From positions 32,488,001-32,552,000 of the forward strand of contig OX597814.1 in assembly GCA_951406725.2 (NCBI GenBank): 64,000 nucleotides of DNA, given 5' to 3'. Below are positions 42,639 to 57,040 of the stretch, piece by piece (within the stretch, counting starts at the first letter, position 1; the number at the start of each line of letters is the position of its first letter). The notes beneath the pieces were generated by a model, which did not search any database, was not told the origin of the DNA, and worked only from the letters and a program-made list of their open reading frames with translations. The stretch is from Octopus vulgaris (lineage: Eukaryota). A program made the translations under genes and the position numbers.

Positions 42639-42997
42639 ATAAGTAACTTGTAAGTCAGTTCGTCTCCCTATGGCTCTGTGTTGAATATGCATTAAGGTCG
42701 AAGCATGTTCTAATTCAAAATTCAAACAACTAGACCTTTCTTCAACAGATTTCTAACGTTTTAACAGTGCTGACATCTGAAAGCCTAATTATTTATTGTA
42801 AAATGCGGGGTCAATTTGTTTATATAGAGTTCATTGAATTGACATTCGGATAATGCTGCTACATCATGAATATGTCTTCCTCATAGCAAATATAATGCAA
42901 ATTCGACAATAGAGCAATTTTTATTTGTGTAACTAAAAGACAGACGACTAAAGTCTGTGTCTGTGTCTGTGTGTGTATGAGAGAGAGAGTGTGTGTC

Positions 42998-43032
<35 letters not shown>

Positions 43033-43703
43033 GTTAGAAGGAAAATGTGTGTTTGAGAGAGTGATACCATATGATATCATATGTAGCACAATATCTTATC
43101 ACATAGCAGGTTCAAACAATGGGTTTGTAAACGAGTAGGGAAACAAGAAAAGAAGAGAAGAGAAAAGAAAAGAAAATGGCAGATCGACATTGTGGTTAAT
43201 GGCGCGTCTGAACCTAATCGAGATCAGAACATTTACGTTGTACACGACACAAGTCAATTGAAGAGTGGGGTCAATCAAGAGAGAGATTGTTAGAGAGAGA
43301 GAGAGTGGGGAGTGATAGTGAAATGGAGAGATAGAAAGAATGGGAATAAGTGAGCAGGAATGAGGGAATGGCAATGTAATTTACTACGTAACTTGATTGT
43401 CGAAGGTCGATGCCAGATTTATGTAGACAGGCTTGGCATCTTTTCAAAACCAATGCTGTTTTTCGTTTTTGATTTGATTTGATTATTTCCATCCGTTTGT
43501 TACAGCATTCGGTGACTATTTAAGCTGATGTTTATCTTGTGTCAGATGAGCAGCAACATTAAACGATACAGCAAATTATGTAACAGAAACGAATATATTT
43601 CAATCTTTTACTATAATTTTCTCTTTTCCCCCCTTTCTTTCTCTCCTCTAAATCACCATCCCCCTCTCTTTCTTTTTCTTCTTCACTGTCTTTTTATCAC
43701 ACA

Positions 43704-43752
<49 letters not shown>

Positions 43753-44150
43753 TTCTCTCTGTTCCTTCTTCTGTCTCAAAGTCTTCTAGGTTTCTCAATA
43801 AATACCAAATTCTTTTTTTTTTTTTCATGTTTCTGCATCGACACACAGATTACACATCTCTGGATACTTCACACTAAATGCATGAGAGATAAATCTCACC
43901 ATTCTTGATTGATCCAGGCTTACCTTTATTCAAGCTTCCGAGTCACTCGTCTATGGTCACTCATGCTATATCCATTACACTCCCTAATTCCTTCCGTACC
44001 TGAACGCTTTTCATCTGGAATTTCCTCCTTGCAAATACAATTTGCAGCATATTCAAGACGAACATAAACACATCAATCGCTGTTTTTTGGATGTCTTTCT
44101 GTGTTGGCATTTCTCAGTCTCTTGTTGTTGTTGTTGTTTTTCTTCTTCTT

Positions 44151-44555
<405 letters not shown>

Positions 44556-44624
44556 GTTGTTTATTTTTTATTTATTTTTCTTCTTTATTTCCCATATTAT
44601 TATTATTATTATTATTATTATTAA

Positions 44625-44845
44625 AACGGCGAGCTAGCAGAATCGTTAGCATGCCGGACAAGATGCTCAGCGGTTTTTCGTCCGTCTTTACGTTCTGAGT
44701 TCAAATTCCCCCGAGGTCGACTTTGCCTTTCATCTTTTCGCGGTCGATAAATTAAATACCAGTTGCGTACTAGGTTCGATTTAATCAACTGGTCCCCAAC
44801 CCCAACCCAAGATTTCGGGCCTTGTGCCTATAGCAGAAAGGATCA
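44625..44845 (+). mobile_element. SINE family B (alternative tail)
   Basis: acggcgagctagcagaatcgttagcatgccgg...gagttcaaattcc...tttcgggccttgtgcctatagcagaaagg, about 200 bp upstream of the KCTD acceptor. Confidence 0.82.
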
Positions 44846-44896
44846 TTATCATCATCATCATCATCATCATCATCATTGTTATTATTATTATTATTA

Positions 44897-44940
<44 letters not shown>

Positions 44941-45050
44941 GTCGTTGTTATTTATCTAACTGTTATTATTAAATATTGTTTAATTATATCTTAAATTATT
45001 GTTTCCTTGACTCGTTTATTTATATAGTTAAATATTTTCTTGTGTTGCAG

Positions 45051-45645
45051 GTTTCCGGAGTCTAAGCTTGCCCGAATGTTCAATGGAAGCATACCTATTG
45101 TTCTGGACAGTCTGAAACAGCACTATTTCATTGACAGAGATGGGAAAATGTTCCGACACATATTGAATTATCTAAGGAGTGCCAAACTGATACTACCTGA
45201 TAATTTCAACGAAATTGAACAGTTATGGGAAGAAGCGAAATATTACGACCTCACTAGTATGGTAAAAGATGTGGAACTTTATAGAAAAAGTAAACAAAAG
45301 ATCGTAGTGAAGAAAGAAGAGAAAGAATACTGCGACTGCATTGCAATCAGCATAAGCCCCGATCTAGGGGAGCGAATCACATTGAGTGCGGAAAGGGCGC
45401 TTTTGGAAGAAGTGTTTCCAGAACTTAGCTCTGCTCTAATGGATTCAAGGAATTCAGGTTGGAACATGGAAAACAGATATGTTATTCGATTTCCTTTGAA
45501 CGGATTTTGCAAATTAAATTCCGTACAAGTATTGCAGAGGCTTCTAAATCAGGGTTTTAAACTAATAGCAGCTACTGGCGGTGGGGTCGAAGGACAGCAG
45601 TTTAGTGAGTATTTGTTCTGCAAAGATTGCAAGGCTGCTGCCTGA
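45051..45645 (+). CDS. KCTD15: Terminal coding exon of a BTB/POZ domain protein of the KCTD1/KCTD15 family (Drosophila Tiwaz-like); 5' exon(s) not found in window
   Basis: Translation FPESKLARMFNGSIPIVLDSLKQHYFIDRDGKMFRHILNYLRSAKLILPDNF...VIRFPLNGFCKLNSVQVLQRLLNQGF...GGGVEGQQFSEYLF matches the KCTD1/15 BTB domain and C-terminal domain signatures. Acceptor ttttcttgtgttgcAG ends at 45050 (phase 2); stop TGA at 45643-45645. KCTD1 versus KCTD15 cannot be resolved (probably a single invertebrate co-orthologue). Confidence 0.93.
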
Positions 45646-47036
45646 GATCCTATTGTATAAAAATAATAAGGCAAGGACTAAAATATTTCTGAACTGAAAT
45701 AAAAACATAAAAAATATAAATAAAAACTGCAGTAGCGACAGCAACAACAACTGCAACAATTACACACAAAGAGAGAAAAAATATCTTCCATTCTTTCATG
45801 TTTTTTTTTTCACAAAATTTTGTTTTATATTTTTAAAATTTTCCCTGTTCTACCATAAGGAAAAAAAAAACTGTTACGAACCATATTTGGGGGGAGATAA
45901 TAATATTTGAAAACAGACGTTGCATTCTACGTCCATTTTGCGTATTTGTTTTGGTTCGTTTTCAACCTTATTCAACATCGCTCTCGTCTCTTTTATCATT
46001 TAATAATTTTGAAGATATTTCAAAACCTCCAGGCATTTTCCCCGTGTTAATTAACCAACAGACATATTTTGAACATTTTATTTTTGTTCCGTTTTCAAAA
46101 TTTTTCCTTTTGTTTCATTCCATTATATTTTCATTTCCTTTTTCATTTCCTCCGCTCTTTCTTTCTTTCTTCGAATTCTTTTTTTTTTTTTTTTTTTTTT
46201 GAGGACATCTTTGTTCCATTCAAAAGTGATATCCTATGTAAATGTCAGAGATTTCAGTGGAGAGACAAGGAAGAAGAAGAACAGAGAAAAAGATAATCAA
46301 TGATGACAATGATATTAATAAAAAAGAAGATAACCAAATACATTTTAAACGAATTATCTTTTAAGTTTTCAACCTTCGTCTCAAATAAACCCAAAAAGAA
46401 AAAAATATCTAAAATGGAAATTAACAAATAATGAAATTTAAATATGGTTGAAAATTGAAGTTTAAAGAAATAAAATGCAAAAATCAAAATTTCAAAAACA
46501 AAAAAAAAACAACCAGCGGAAGTTTGTACATCAAATGAAAGTATTTCCTGGCGTCAAGCCTCTTTCCGATGATTTTGCTGATAAATTACATGTACTTTAT
46601 CTGAAAACAAAAAAAAAATAAATGAAATATATCCAACAAAAGAATATATAAAAAAAACTATAAAACACTCAAACCACAAATTAAATACATCCATTTTACA
46701 AAAAAAATTAAACTCAAAAATAACAAAAAGGAAAAAACAAATCTTTAGAAAACATTGTGATCGTGTTTACTCCGGTTGATGTCAGGCATGCTACACCGTG
46801 ATCGAGAGTTGTCCCAAGTTATTTGTATTTTTTTCAACAGATGTCGCTTTGCTTTCAATCATTTTTTAGCTAACACAAATGCCATTGCACATACTGTTCA
46901 TTATAACATAAATATATCTATATTACATTCATATATTTGAATTTTGTACTATTTTCTTTTTTTCTTTATTTTTCTTTATTTTCCAATCTGAAGCTATGGT
47001 AAATCAATGAAATCCCACAAATAAAAGAAATAATAC

Positions 47037-47074
<38 letters not shown>

Positions 47075-47180
47075 TGGTTTTTAGCATTAGTATTGCCAAT
47101 ATAATTATTATTATTATTAATTCTTCCTTGCCCATTTAATGATTTCTTCACACAATAAAATTTCGCATTCGTTCTAAAAG
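45646..47180 (+). other. Putative 3' UTR of the KCTD1/15-like gene
   Basis: AT-rich stretch directly after the stop with no recognisable SINE. Several AATAAA hexamers (e.g. 45698-45703, 47154-47159). The true end is uncertain. Confidence 0.45.
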
Positions 47181-47562
47181 GATAAGGAATCTAGTTATAT
47201 ATATTAACAAACAAAATGCTAGTTATTATTGGCAATTTATGAAGCACGTTTGACTGGTGATGACAGATCCTGTACTTCGCCAAAATTATTTACAAGTTAA
47301 TTAAACTTAAACTTTTCTCACATATCATCAAACGTTATAGACACATCTCAAGTTAAATGGTAGGTTTTATTGTGTGTGAGAAACTGATCTCAATTGTATA
47401 TATTTGACACAAGCTTCAGATTTGAAACAACACAATTTCATTCTTTGTCGGCTGCTGCAGATAGAAAAAAAAACGATAAAATCATCAACAACAATCTAAA
47501 GCAACGCCGACAACTTGCGAATTTTTTTTTCCAAAATTCTTATCAATTGAAAAACAGAAATG

Positions 47563-47616
47563 CGTATATATATATATATATGTATACGTATGTATATATA
47601 TATATATATGTATACG

Positions 47617-47687
<71 letters not shown>

Positions 47688-47688
47688 G

Positions 47689-47729
<41 letters not shown>

Positions 47730-47995
47730 GTATGTATATATATATATATATATATATACGTATGTATATATATATATATGCATACGTATGTATATATATA
47801 TATATATGTATACGTATGTATATATATATATATATGTATACGTATACGTATGTATATATGTATATGTAATACACAGACACAAGACGCATGTATATAATCT
47901 ATATACATATATGTATGTATATCAATACAGCATATATATTTATGCATGAATGTATATATATATATGTATGTATGAATATATATATGCATGTGTAG

Positions 47996-48030
<35 letters not shown>

Positions 48031-48095
48031 CTGTATCATACACATGCATAAGACGCATATGTATAATTTATATACATATATGTACACGCATAATA

Positions 48096-48163
<68 letters not shown>

Positions 48164-48286
48164 AATGACAATTGTATCGACTAGACATTTTTCATTGACT
48201 GCCTGTCATTGTATAACATTGCCACGTGACTTCCCAAAATTATCTTAATGATAGTGTTACAATAAGAGGATGAAAAATAGAACAAT

Positions 48287-48351
<65 letters not shown>

Positions 48352-48352
48352 T

Positions 48353-48425
<73 letters not shown>
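47563..48425. repeat. Large interrupted (TA)n field with recurrent tacgtatg units
   Basis: Direct reading. Confidence 0.9.
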
Positions 48426-48428
<3 letters not shown>

Positions 48429-49654
48429 TATGTGACTGATAAGAACGGCTAATGTAAAAAGAAGAAGCAAGCAAGTCGCTGAAACTTACACAATCCTTAA
48501 ACGAAATGGGACCTATAAAAAAATGAACACCCAAGAGGTTCCTCATTGTAAACAATTACTGCTGTCATCTTTTTTTTTTAGTGTAATTTGGAGGAATCGT
48601 GTCCATTATTATCTTTGTAATTTCAATCGGACTTCTCTCATTTTTGAATACAAATGTAGTAACCATTATTAAAGCCATACGATGTAAGATGTAAATAACG
48701 ACTATAAAGATTCATACATACTAAACATATCTTCGTTTTTTTTTACTTTATTTTCTGTCTCTGTTTCTTGCTCTGCATTTAGAATGAGTGAAATCACGAA
48801 TAACATTTGTTTCTAATATAGGTACAAGGCCTGAAATTTAGGCGAACAGGAATGTTGGATTATATCGAATGCAGAAGTTTAAAGGTTTAAGTTGACCTCT
48901 TTGATATCTGAACTTACGAAGTGAAGACATTAAACAAGAAATCCAAGGCATTTTTCCATCACCCTATCGATTGTGACAACCGATCATGTTGAATTCATGA
49001 ATAATAATGATAATCCCTTCAGTTATAAGCACAAGGCCATATCTATTGTGGAGAGCGAAGAACAACCATTTATATCGACTCTAGTAGTTGGTTGTTAAAT
49101 TATTTTATCGTCCAGGGAAGGAAGAAAAGCAAACTCGTCTTCAGCAAGATTGGAAAGCTGAAAGAACCGTCCATAAGATATATTACAGCATTCCGTCCAA
49201 TGCTTTGAAGATTCCTTCAATCAAAGTGTTGATGTTTACGATGATATTGATGGTGATGATGATTTTCATCGTCTTGTCGATATGTTAGTATATATTCCTA
49301 TTCATTATTGTCATATTCCAATAGTATATATTCCAATTCATTATTGTCATATTTGTTGTCAACAAAGAGTATGGAGGAAAGCTCTCTCTCTCTCTCTCTC
49401 TCTTTTTTTCTCGCTTCCTTTTTATTACTGAATTATGCTCTTTCTCAACAAGGATACACATGACGGCTTCTTTCTCGGTTTCAACAATGAACATTCAGCA
49501 GTTTGATCAATTGATTTTCTGCTGTTTATTTTGACTTGTAAGAAGCTGAGTATTCCAAAACACGCGTTCACTTAAAGTCAATCTCGGACCAAATCAACAT
49601 CACCCAGTGCGTCAATGTTGGATCTTAGAATTGCAGTCGAAATCCAAAGAAATG

Positions 49655-49716
<62 letters not shown>

Positions 49717-49983
49717 AAGAGACACAAACAGAGTGAGGATGGGGAGAAAGAAACAGAATTGATGATAGTAATACACTGATATAATTGAACATTTGAAAGC
49801 TAGTGTTGCTCATCCTATTCAGAGTGAACGATATCAAAATTAATAAAATGGCAAGACTTAACTAGGAAACGGATCTGCATTCCAGATTTAGCTTGCTACA
49901 AGCTTCTTACCAATATATGGCTCCCGCATATGAATCATATATCGTTTTCTGTGATGCAATTTTTGTTTATTCGATATTTATTA

Positions 49984-50317
49984 TGGCTCAGTGGTTAGAG
50001 CGTCGAGCTTACGATCGTGAGGTTGTGAGCTCGAATCCCGGACCGGGCTGCATGTGGTGTTCTTGAGCAAGGCACTTTATTTCACGTTGCTCCAGTTCAC
50101 TCAGCTGTATAAATGAGTTGCGACGTCACTGGTGCCAAGCTGCATCGACCTTTGTCTTTCCCTTGGATAACACTGGTGGCGTGGAGAGGGGAGGCTGGTA
50201 TGCATGGGCGACTGCTGGTCTTCCATAAACAACCTTGCCCGGACTTGTGTCTAGGAGGGTAACTTTCTAGGTGCAATCCCATGGTCATTCATGACCGAAG
50301 GGGGTCTTTACTTACTT
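49984..50317 (+). mobile_element. tRNA-derived SINE family D (CORE-like)
   Basis: A-box tggctcagtggttag, B-box-like gagctcgaatccc, core gtgttcttgagcaaggcactttatttcac, tail ending (ttac)n. Confidence 0.75.
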
Positions 50318-50858
50318 TATAGTTATTATGAATGATTCTATGCAACAATAAGAAACTTTCTAAGTTACGACAAAGTACATGGATCTTTACACAAGTCACT
50401 AATGGACTAATAGAACAGAAAATAATGAGGTGAGCCACAAGTCAGAAACCTGCTTTCATTTCTGTTTAAAATAAACAACATTGGTAAAGGTAAAGAAAGC
50501 TCTTTAGTAAAAACTGATTTGTATTTCCATTCTTTTCCTCTTTGATGTTTTGTAGCTTTCTGCCAATGTTAATCCTAAAGAAAATTTCGTCCAATGCAAA
50601 GTCATATTATTTTGAATCATTAAAATGTATGTGAAAGAGGCAGCCTTAATCATTAGACTACATTCATTAGCACTCCAACCACCTCATTAATATGATTAAG
50701 ACCCTAATTTCTAATATATATCTTTGGGTTTTGTATTCTATATCGTCCAAATAATAAAATTTTAAGGGCTCTTGCAAATACGACAGTAACAATCTATCCA
50801 GAAGCGGTTTAAGGATACAGATTGCACCCAGAGCTTTTCCAAATATAAATCAAAATAT

Positions 50859-51139
50859 GTGGAGGTGCAATGGCCCAGTGGTTAGGGAAGCGGACTCGCG
50901 GTTTCGATTCCCAGACCGGGCGTTTTGAGTGGTCATTGAACGAAAACACCTAATACTCCACGAGGCTCCGACAGGGGGTGGTGGCGATCCATATTGCACT
51001 CTTTCACCGCAACTTTCTCTCACTCTTTTTTCTGTTGGCCGGCTTGCTTAGCCAGCGGGGTGGCGTCATTTGAAGGCTAAAACAATGCGAAGCGCATTGT
51101 GACCAGTGATGTGTAGCAACATCTGATAGCCTGGTCGGT
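50859..51139 (+). mobile_element. SINE family C, tail type 2
   Basis: Same head as 30999 but a different 3' part (gccggcttgcttagccagcgggg...gatagcctggtcggt). Confidence 0.82.
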
Positions 51140-52091
51140 AAAAAAAAATCAATATAGATAGCGGTATATTTGTTAGTATTACCCACTCTTCAGCATAAAA
51201 GGAACAATATTAATTGTTAGTAAAATATTCAAGTTACTCAAAAATCACTTCACTACACTGCACAAATATTGGCAACTCTCAAAATAACGTACAATTAAAA
51301 TGTACTACTCAGCCACCCAACTGTTTCTAGGACCCAAAGAATTCGAGCGCCTCTAAGATGAACAAATAATAAATTCATCAGGTAATGCACGTACTCCAGT
51401 TCTTACCCATGCCTTACAGGCTCGCAAAGTTTTTCTATGGACGATGTATCCTAATGCAGGAGGCAGAGAACAACATCGCGGAAGCCTCTATTGGAAGAAC
51501 TCAAGCCTATAGTTTTAGATGGTACACCCTTAATTCAAACCCAGCCATATCACTGAAAAATATTGACAGAAAACTATTCACACACGAATAAACAGAATAA
51601 TTCTGAGCTACATCACTGAAGCCAACCTCCGAGCTCTAACCTTATAACTACATCCATTCTGTCAGCATTCATCAATTCTTCTACCTATGCTTTCATCCAT
51701 TCATTTACCTGTCAACCTCCTTCTCTGCTGAATTGTCTATCTCACCATACATCTATATGCCTATTATCCTCTCTACTGTTCTATCTGTCTCTTCTTATCA
51801 ACCAACATATCCAGCTATATATTAAAACTTACAAAACTATTTACTTATATGGTTATATAACGCTTACTTTACCTGCTTATTTCTCCACCTATATTTTAAG
51901 CAAACTGTTCATTGCTTGTCTGTCTCCACTAACCTGTAGAAACCATTCCATTCTGACTGTGTACCTATCCACGTATCTACTTATCCCCCTCTGTATGGAT
52001 ATAGTCATTTCGCATACACATCTGCTTAACTTCCAGTTCTATCTTTCAGTCAGTCATTCGATCTCCTCGTCTCTCTTCCTTTCTTTCGGTT

Positions 52092-52184
<93 letters not shown>

Positions 52185-52510
52185 CAACTGGTACCACGTA
52201 ATCCAGTAGAACAGTAGAACCTGTTGCATGGTCGGATTATCGGTGACTAAACCGGCAACAACACTAAGAGCGCTTGGTGATAAGGATGAATTTTGGACAC
52301 CCTGCAGGATGAAAATCATGGTCCGTCAAAAAGTAGATAGTGCTTACTAGTTGTAGAGAAGAAAATCCATCCAAGAGAAGGAAATTTCTGGAATAAAAAC
52401 CGTTTGGCTTGGACTTTCAAGTCACTGATGCTATTGTGCACAGAAAAGCTAATGACATGAAAAGGTTATAGTTTCGTCAATTAACGACTTACAACATATA
52501 TAAATATGTT

Positions 52511-52594
<84 letters not shown>

Positions 52595-53138
52595 TGTGCG
52601 TGTGTGTGTGTGCATGTATATATGCCTATGCATGCATATATGTGTGTCTGTGTGCTTGCGCGTACGTGTTTGTGTATGTGCATATGAATACAAAAATCCA
52701 GCACAAAATCTTTCTATCCATGTATTTTTCAATACACACCTTTCTATCTTTTGGATCTTTCATTAACTCATAAACCTTCTGTCTATCCACTGAGTAACTA
52801 CTATTGATCGTTTTCTACTCTGCCTGAATTTCCTTCGTTACCAATACGCCATCTTACTCTCCACAAATAACACAACACTCTTCTCAGACTTTGATTCCCC
52901 AATGTGACAGAGTAAAACGTTTTCTTATATTCTTTTTATTTTTCCGTATGTGTAAGTATTTCTTTGCTAATTTAAGAATCTACTCACATTAGGAGATATA
53001 CTAGCATTCCTGCTTTTCATTTTTCATTTTATTTTGATATCTCCTTTCACGCACTCTCACCTGAATCCACCCACAAACATAGCAAGACTGTCACATGCTC
53101 TTTCCCACACGACTTCGGGATATTATATTCGTTACTTA

Positions 53139-53175
<37 letters not shown>

Positions 53176-53342
53176 TTAGAGAAAAACCACTATTATGCAA
53201 TTCAAACATTGATAGACATAAACCGAATCATAAATAAAAATAAAAAATGTTTTAAAACAAATAACTAAATCACAAACAGTGCAAAAATAAATAATCAATA
53301 TATAATAAGTAAAAAAAAAACTACGTACGTTTCATGGCTGTA

Positions 53343-53440
<98 letters not shown>

Positions 53441-53732
53441 GCGTCTGTGAGTGTGTAGATAAACTTACTTGGAAATAGATGCGTGGCGTTCAATTATATT
53501 ATAATATAAATAAAATATATATATATATATACATTCACACACATACATTTATGCATTTCGCTTAGACTTTGCGAGACTAATAATCTGGTGTAGAACTCAA
53601 TATGCGTATGCTTTAGGATGAAGTGTTAGACGAGTATGGAGTGGTAATAAGAAAATGAGATGACTAAGGAAAATACATTAAATTTTGAACTTCATGAAGT
53701 TCATAGCTGAATCGTTTTTTCCATGCACACAC

Positions 53733-53867
<135 letters not shown>

Positions 53868-53871
53868 TAAA

Positions 53872-54103
53872 AAGGCGGCGAGCTGGCAGAAACGTTAGCA
53901 CGCCGGGCGAAATGCGTAGCCGTATTTCGTCGGTCGTTACGTTCCGAGTTCAAATTCCGCCGAGATCGACTTTGCCTTTCATCCTTTCGGGGTCGATAAA
54001 TTAAGTACCCGTTACGCACTGGGGTCGATGTAATCGATTTAATCCGTTTGTCTGTCCTTGTTTGTCCTCTCTGTGTTTAGCCCCTTGTGGGTAGTAAAGA
54101 AAA
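53872..54103 (+). mobile_element. SINE family B
   Basis: Full-length monomer between (TA)n tracts. Confidence 0.88.
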
Positions 54104-54129
54104 TATATATATATATATATACATATATA

Positions 54130-54810
54130 TAATCGAAATGATGCCTGCAGACGCAAAGATATTAAATGGGGATTTTTTACTCCAGACACAGAAGTCTTTG
54201 CGTCTGCATGCATCACTTCAATTAAATCAATGATTCTGAAAAATTAAATGAGATGATCTGGCTATATTGTTTAAATGGCGCATGAACCCCATGAATTCAC
54301 TTGGAATGGATCCGAAGGCCTTAGATATCCTTGTTTCGGATCAAGCTGGATGGCGAACAAAAGTGTGGAGCGAAGTGAAAGCATTTGAGAAGACCAGAAT
54401 GACTCATACACTACTAAAGAGAGATTTAAAGAAGAATGTTGCGATCGAGAAGATGAATCTCAGTGACCTTTGTGTGTGCACAATTTGTGACCGACCAGGC
54501 CTTTCTTTTGCTGGACTTAAATCTCATTTGCTGAGCCATGAAAACTAACCCCACCAACAACTCTGCCTACATATTAGTGCACATCTTATGATGCGGTGTA
54601 TGCCATGAAGTCTGCAAGTATAACGGAGGCCTTAAAAGATATTTTAAGATCCAAAACGATCAGATCTTAACTGCAGATCTTGGTGGTCTAAATCAGATAT
54701 TCAATCTACGTGGATATCTTTCGAATACGTTATCTGGTTTAAGAAGCCATATCAGATGCTGTGATGGATCTAAGGTGTAAGTACAAGAGGTAGTCAGGGG
54801 TAGACAATCA
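54130..54810 (+). pseudogene. RTE-clade LINE 3' fragment with C-terminal C2H2 fingers (decayed)
   Basis: DIKWGFFTPDTEVF...SIKSMILKN*MR*SGYIV*M, then LVSDQAGWRTKVWSEVKAFE and CTICDRPGLSFAGLKSHLLSH. Typical of RTE post-RT regions; contains stops. Confidence 0.65.
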
Positions 54811-54878
<68 letters not shown>

Positions 54879-55374
54879 CTCTCATAGATAGTTAACCAAC
54901 AAATTTACGAAGGGATTTATTTGCACAAGTTTATTTTATCAATCATTTATTTTTATGCTGTAAAAACCTGTGGCCAAGTGTAAAACGTGTAAGAATATTG
55001 ATCCTCGAGTTAGGGGAACAATTCCTTGTACTTCATTTCACGTTGCTCTAGTTCACTCAGTGGAAAATGACTACAGTAGCACCTATGGGGTTATGCATGT
55101 GGCCGTCCCGTTCTGAGGGGAGTTAGTTGCTCTCAGCCTAAAAGACATAAGGACCCCGATAAACTCCGGACGTGTAAGTCTGAGGGAACAAAGCAAACCA
55201 TATACTTATTCTTCTGTTCATATCCTATACTCCTACACACCTCCATAAACGATTTCTTTTCCTCCATTGGCCTTAATACTCGCTAAGTAGGCCAATTTTT
55301 CTATTCTCAATAACTATACATATTGTGACGTATTAACAGAGAAGATCATGCATGTAGATTCATGAATATATATA

Positions 55375-56254
55375 CAAGGGTACTCCTAAAATTAAGGTCT
55401 CCAAAAGTATTTAAAAATCACAGAAACTCTTATTGTCAATGATGTTTACATCATTTTAAAGTTTCAACATTTATCTAGTTTTCTACACAATGGCCATTTC
55501 GGTCGATGCATTTTGTAGGCACCGGGGAAGTTTTTGTGTGCCCATGTCATACCAGCTCACCGCCATGTTGATGAGGAAGCGTTGAGCCTCATCTTTCACC
55601 TCGTCGTCGTTGCTGAAGCGCATTCTGGCCAAATGTTCTTTCAACTTAGGGAACAGGTGGTAGTCACTGTGTGCCAAGACCGGATTATAAGGTGGGTTAC
55701 CGTTTATAGTCTTCTGAGAGCATTCGTGGGACCTATCTTGTTCACACCTTCCGATATTGTAACATTTCACTCAAGCCCTATCAATGGTGCTTCGGGAAAG
55801 CTCAGGAACCAAAATGCAGAGATCATCCAGAGTGATCCGCTGAGTTTCACGTAGGATTTGCTCAACCTTCGTGACTGTCTCGTCGGAAATTGATCGTCAC
55901 CCGCTTCTTTCTTCTTTCAGTACGACCAGCTGCAAACTCCCTACATCACTTGCAGACGTTTTTGACATCCATGCACAACTCACCGTACACTACCCTTAAT
56001 TGGCAATGTATTTCAATTAGTTTAATGCCTTTTACGTTCAAAAACCGAATAACTGCTCGAACTTTACACTTGGCGGTAGAGTCAATCAGGAGCTCCATCA
56101 GATACGACTGCTACGCCAAGACTGAGCGTGGCTGCCAGGCGTGCACAGGGGCAGGCGCATGCGCAACAAACACAACAGTGTTGCCAATAACCGTACGCAT
56201 ATTTTCCCTACGTCCCCAGCACTTTGGAGACCTTACTTTTGGAATTACCTCCGT
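55375..56254 (-). mobile_element. Internally deleted mariner element with both TIRs
   Basis: PPYNPVLAHSDYHLFPKLKEHL (YSPDLAPSDYHLF motif). TIRs caagggtactcctaaaattaaggtctcc / ggagaccttacttttggaattacctccg. Confidence 0.85.
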
Positions 56255-56310
56255 GTATATATATGTGTGCAGGTATGTTTGTGAATTGTATGCATATCTA
56301 CATTTATATG

Positions 56311-56350
<40 letters not shown>

Positions 56351-56375
56351 AAGACAGACAGACAGACAGACAGAC

Positions 56376-56458
<83 letters not shown>

Positions 56459-56461
<3 letters not shown>

Positions 56462-56625
56462 GCGAAGGAGTGGCTATGTGGCAAGTAGCTTGCTAACCAA
56501 CCACATGGTTCCGGGTTCAGTCCCACTGCGTGGCACCTTGGGCAAGTGTCTTCTGCTATAGCCCCGGGCCAACCAATGCCTTGTGAATGGATTTGGTAGA
56601 CGGAAACTGAAAGAAGCCTGTCGTA

Positions 56626-56704
<79 letters not shown>

Positions 56705-56920
56705 TTGTGTGTCTGTGTTTGTCCCACCAACTTCACTTGACAACTGATGTTGGTCTGTTTACGTCCCCGTAACTTAGTGGTTCGACAAAAGAGACCGATA
56801 GAATAAGTACTGGGCTTACAAAGAATAAGTCCCGGGATCGATTTGCTCGACTAAAGGCGATGCTCCAGCATGGCCGCAGTCAAATGACTGAAACAAGTAA
56901 AAGAGTAAAGAGTAAAAGAG
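56459..56920 (+). mobile_element. SINE family A
   Basis: Full-length copy inserted in a (GATA)n field. Confidence 0.88.
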
Positions 56921-56944
56921 AGATATATAAATAAATAGATAGTT

Positions 56945-57040
<96 letters not shown>

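Noticed and set aside
45040-45050. TTG start of the 201-aa ORF (MCCR...)
   Set aside because: It is the intron's polypyrimidine tract and AG acceptor; the BTB domain is incomplete at the N-terminus.
49287-49353. Short tandem duplications (also 33055-33111)
   Set aside because: Ordinary slippage duplications in AT-rich DNA with no further structure.
49984-50050. tRNA-like sequences (also at 30999, 32620-32696, 50859, 59225-59299)
   Set aside because: They are SINE heads: no complete cloverleaf, and each continues into a repeated SINE body, several with TSDs.
54267-54548. Host C2H2 zinc-finger gene
   Set aside because: Embedded in RTE-type sequence with stops; no TGEKP linkers.
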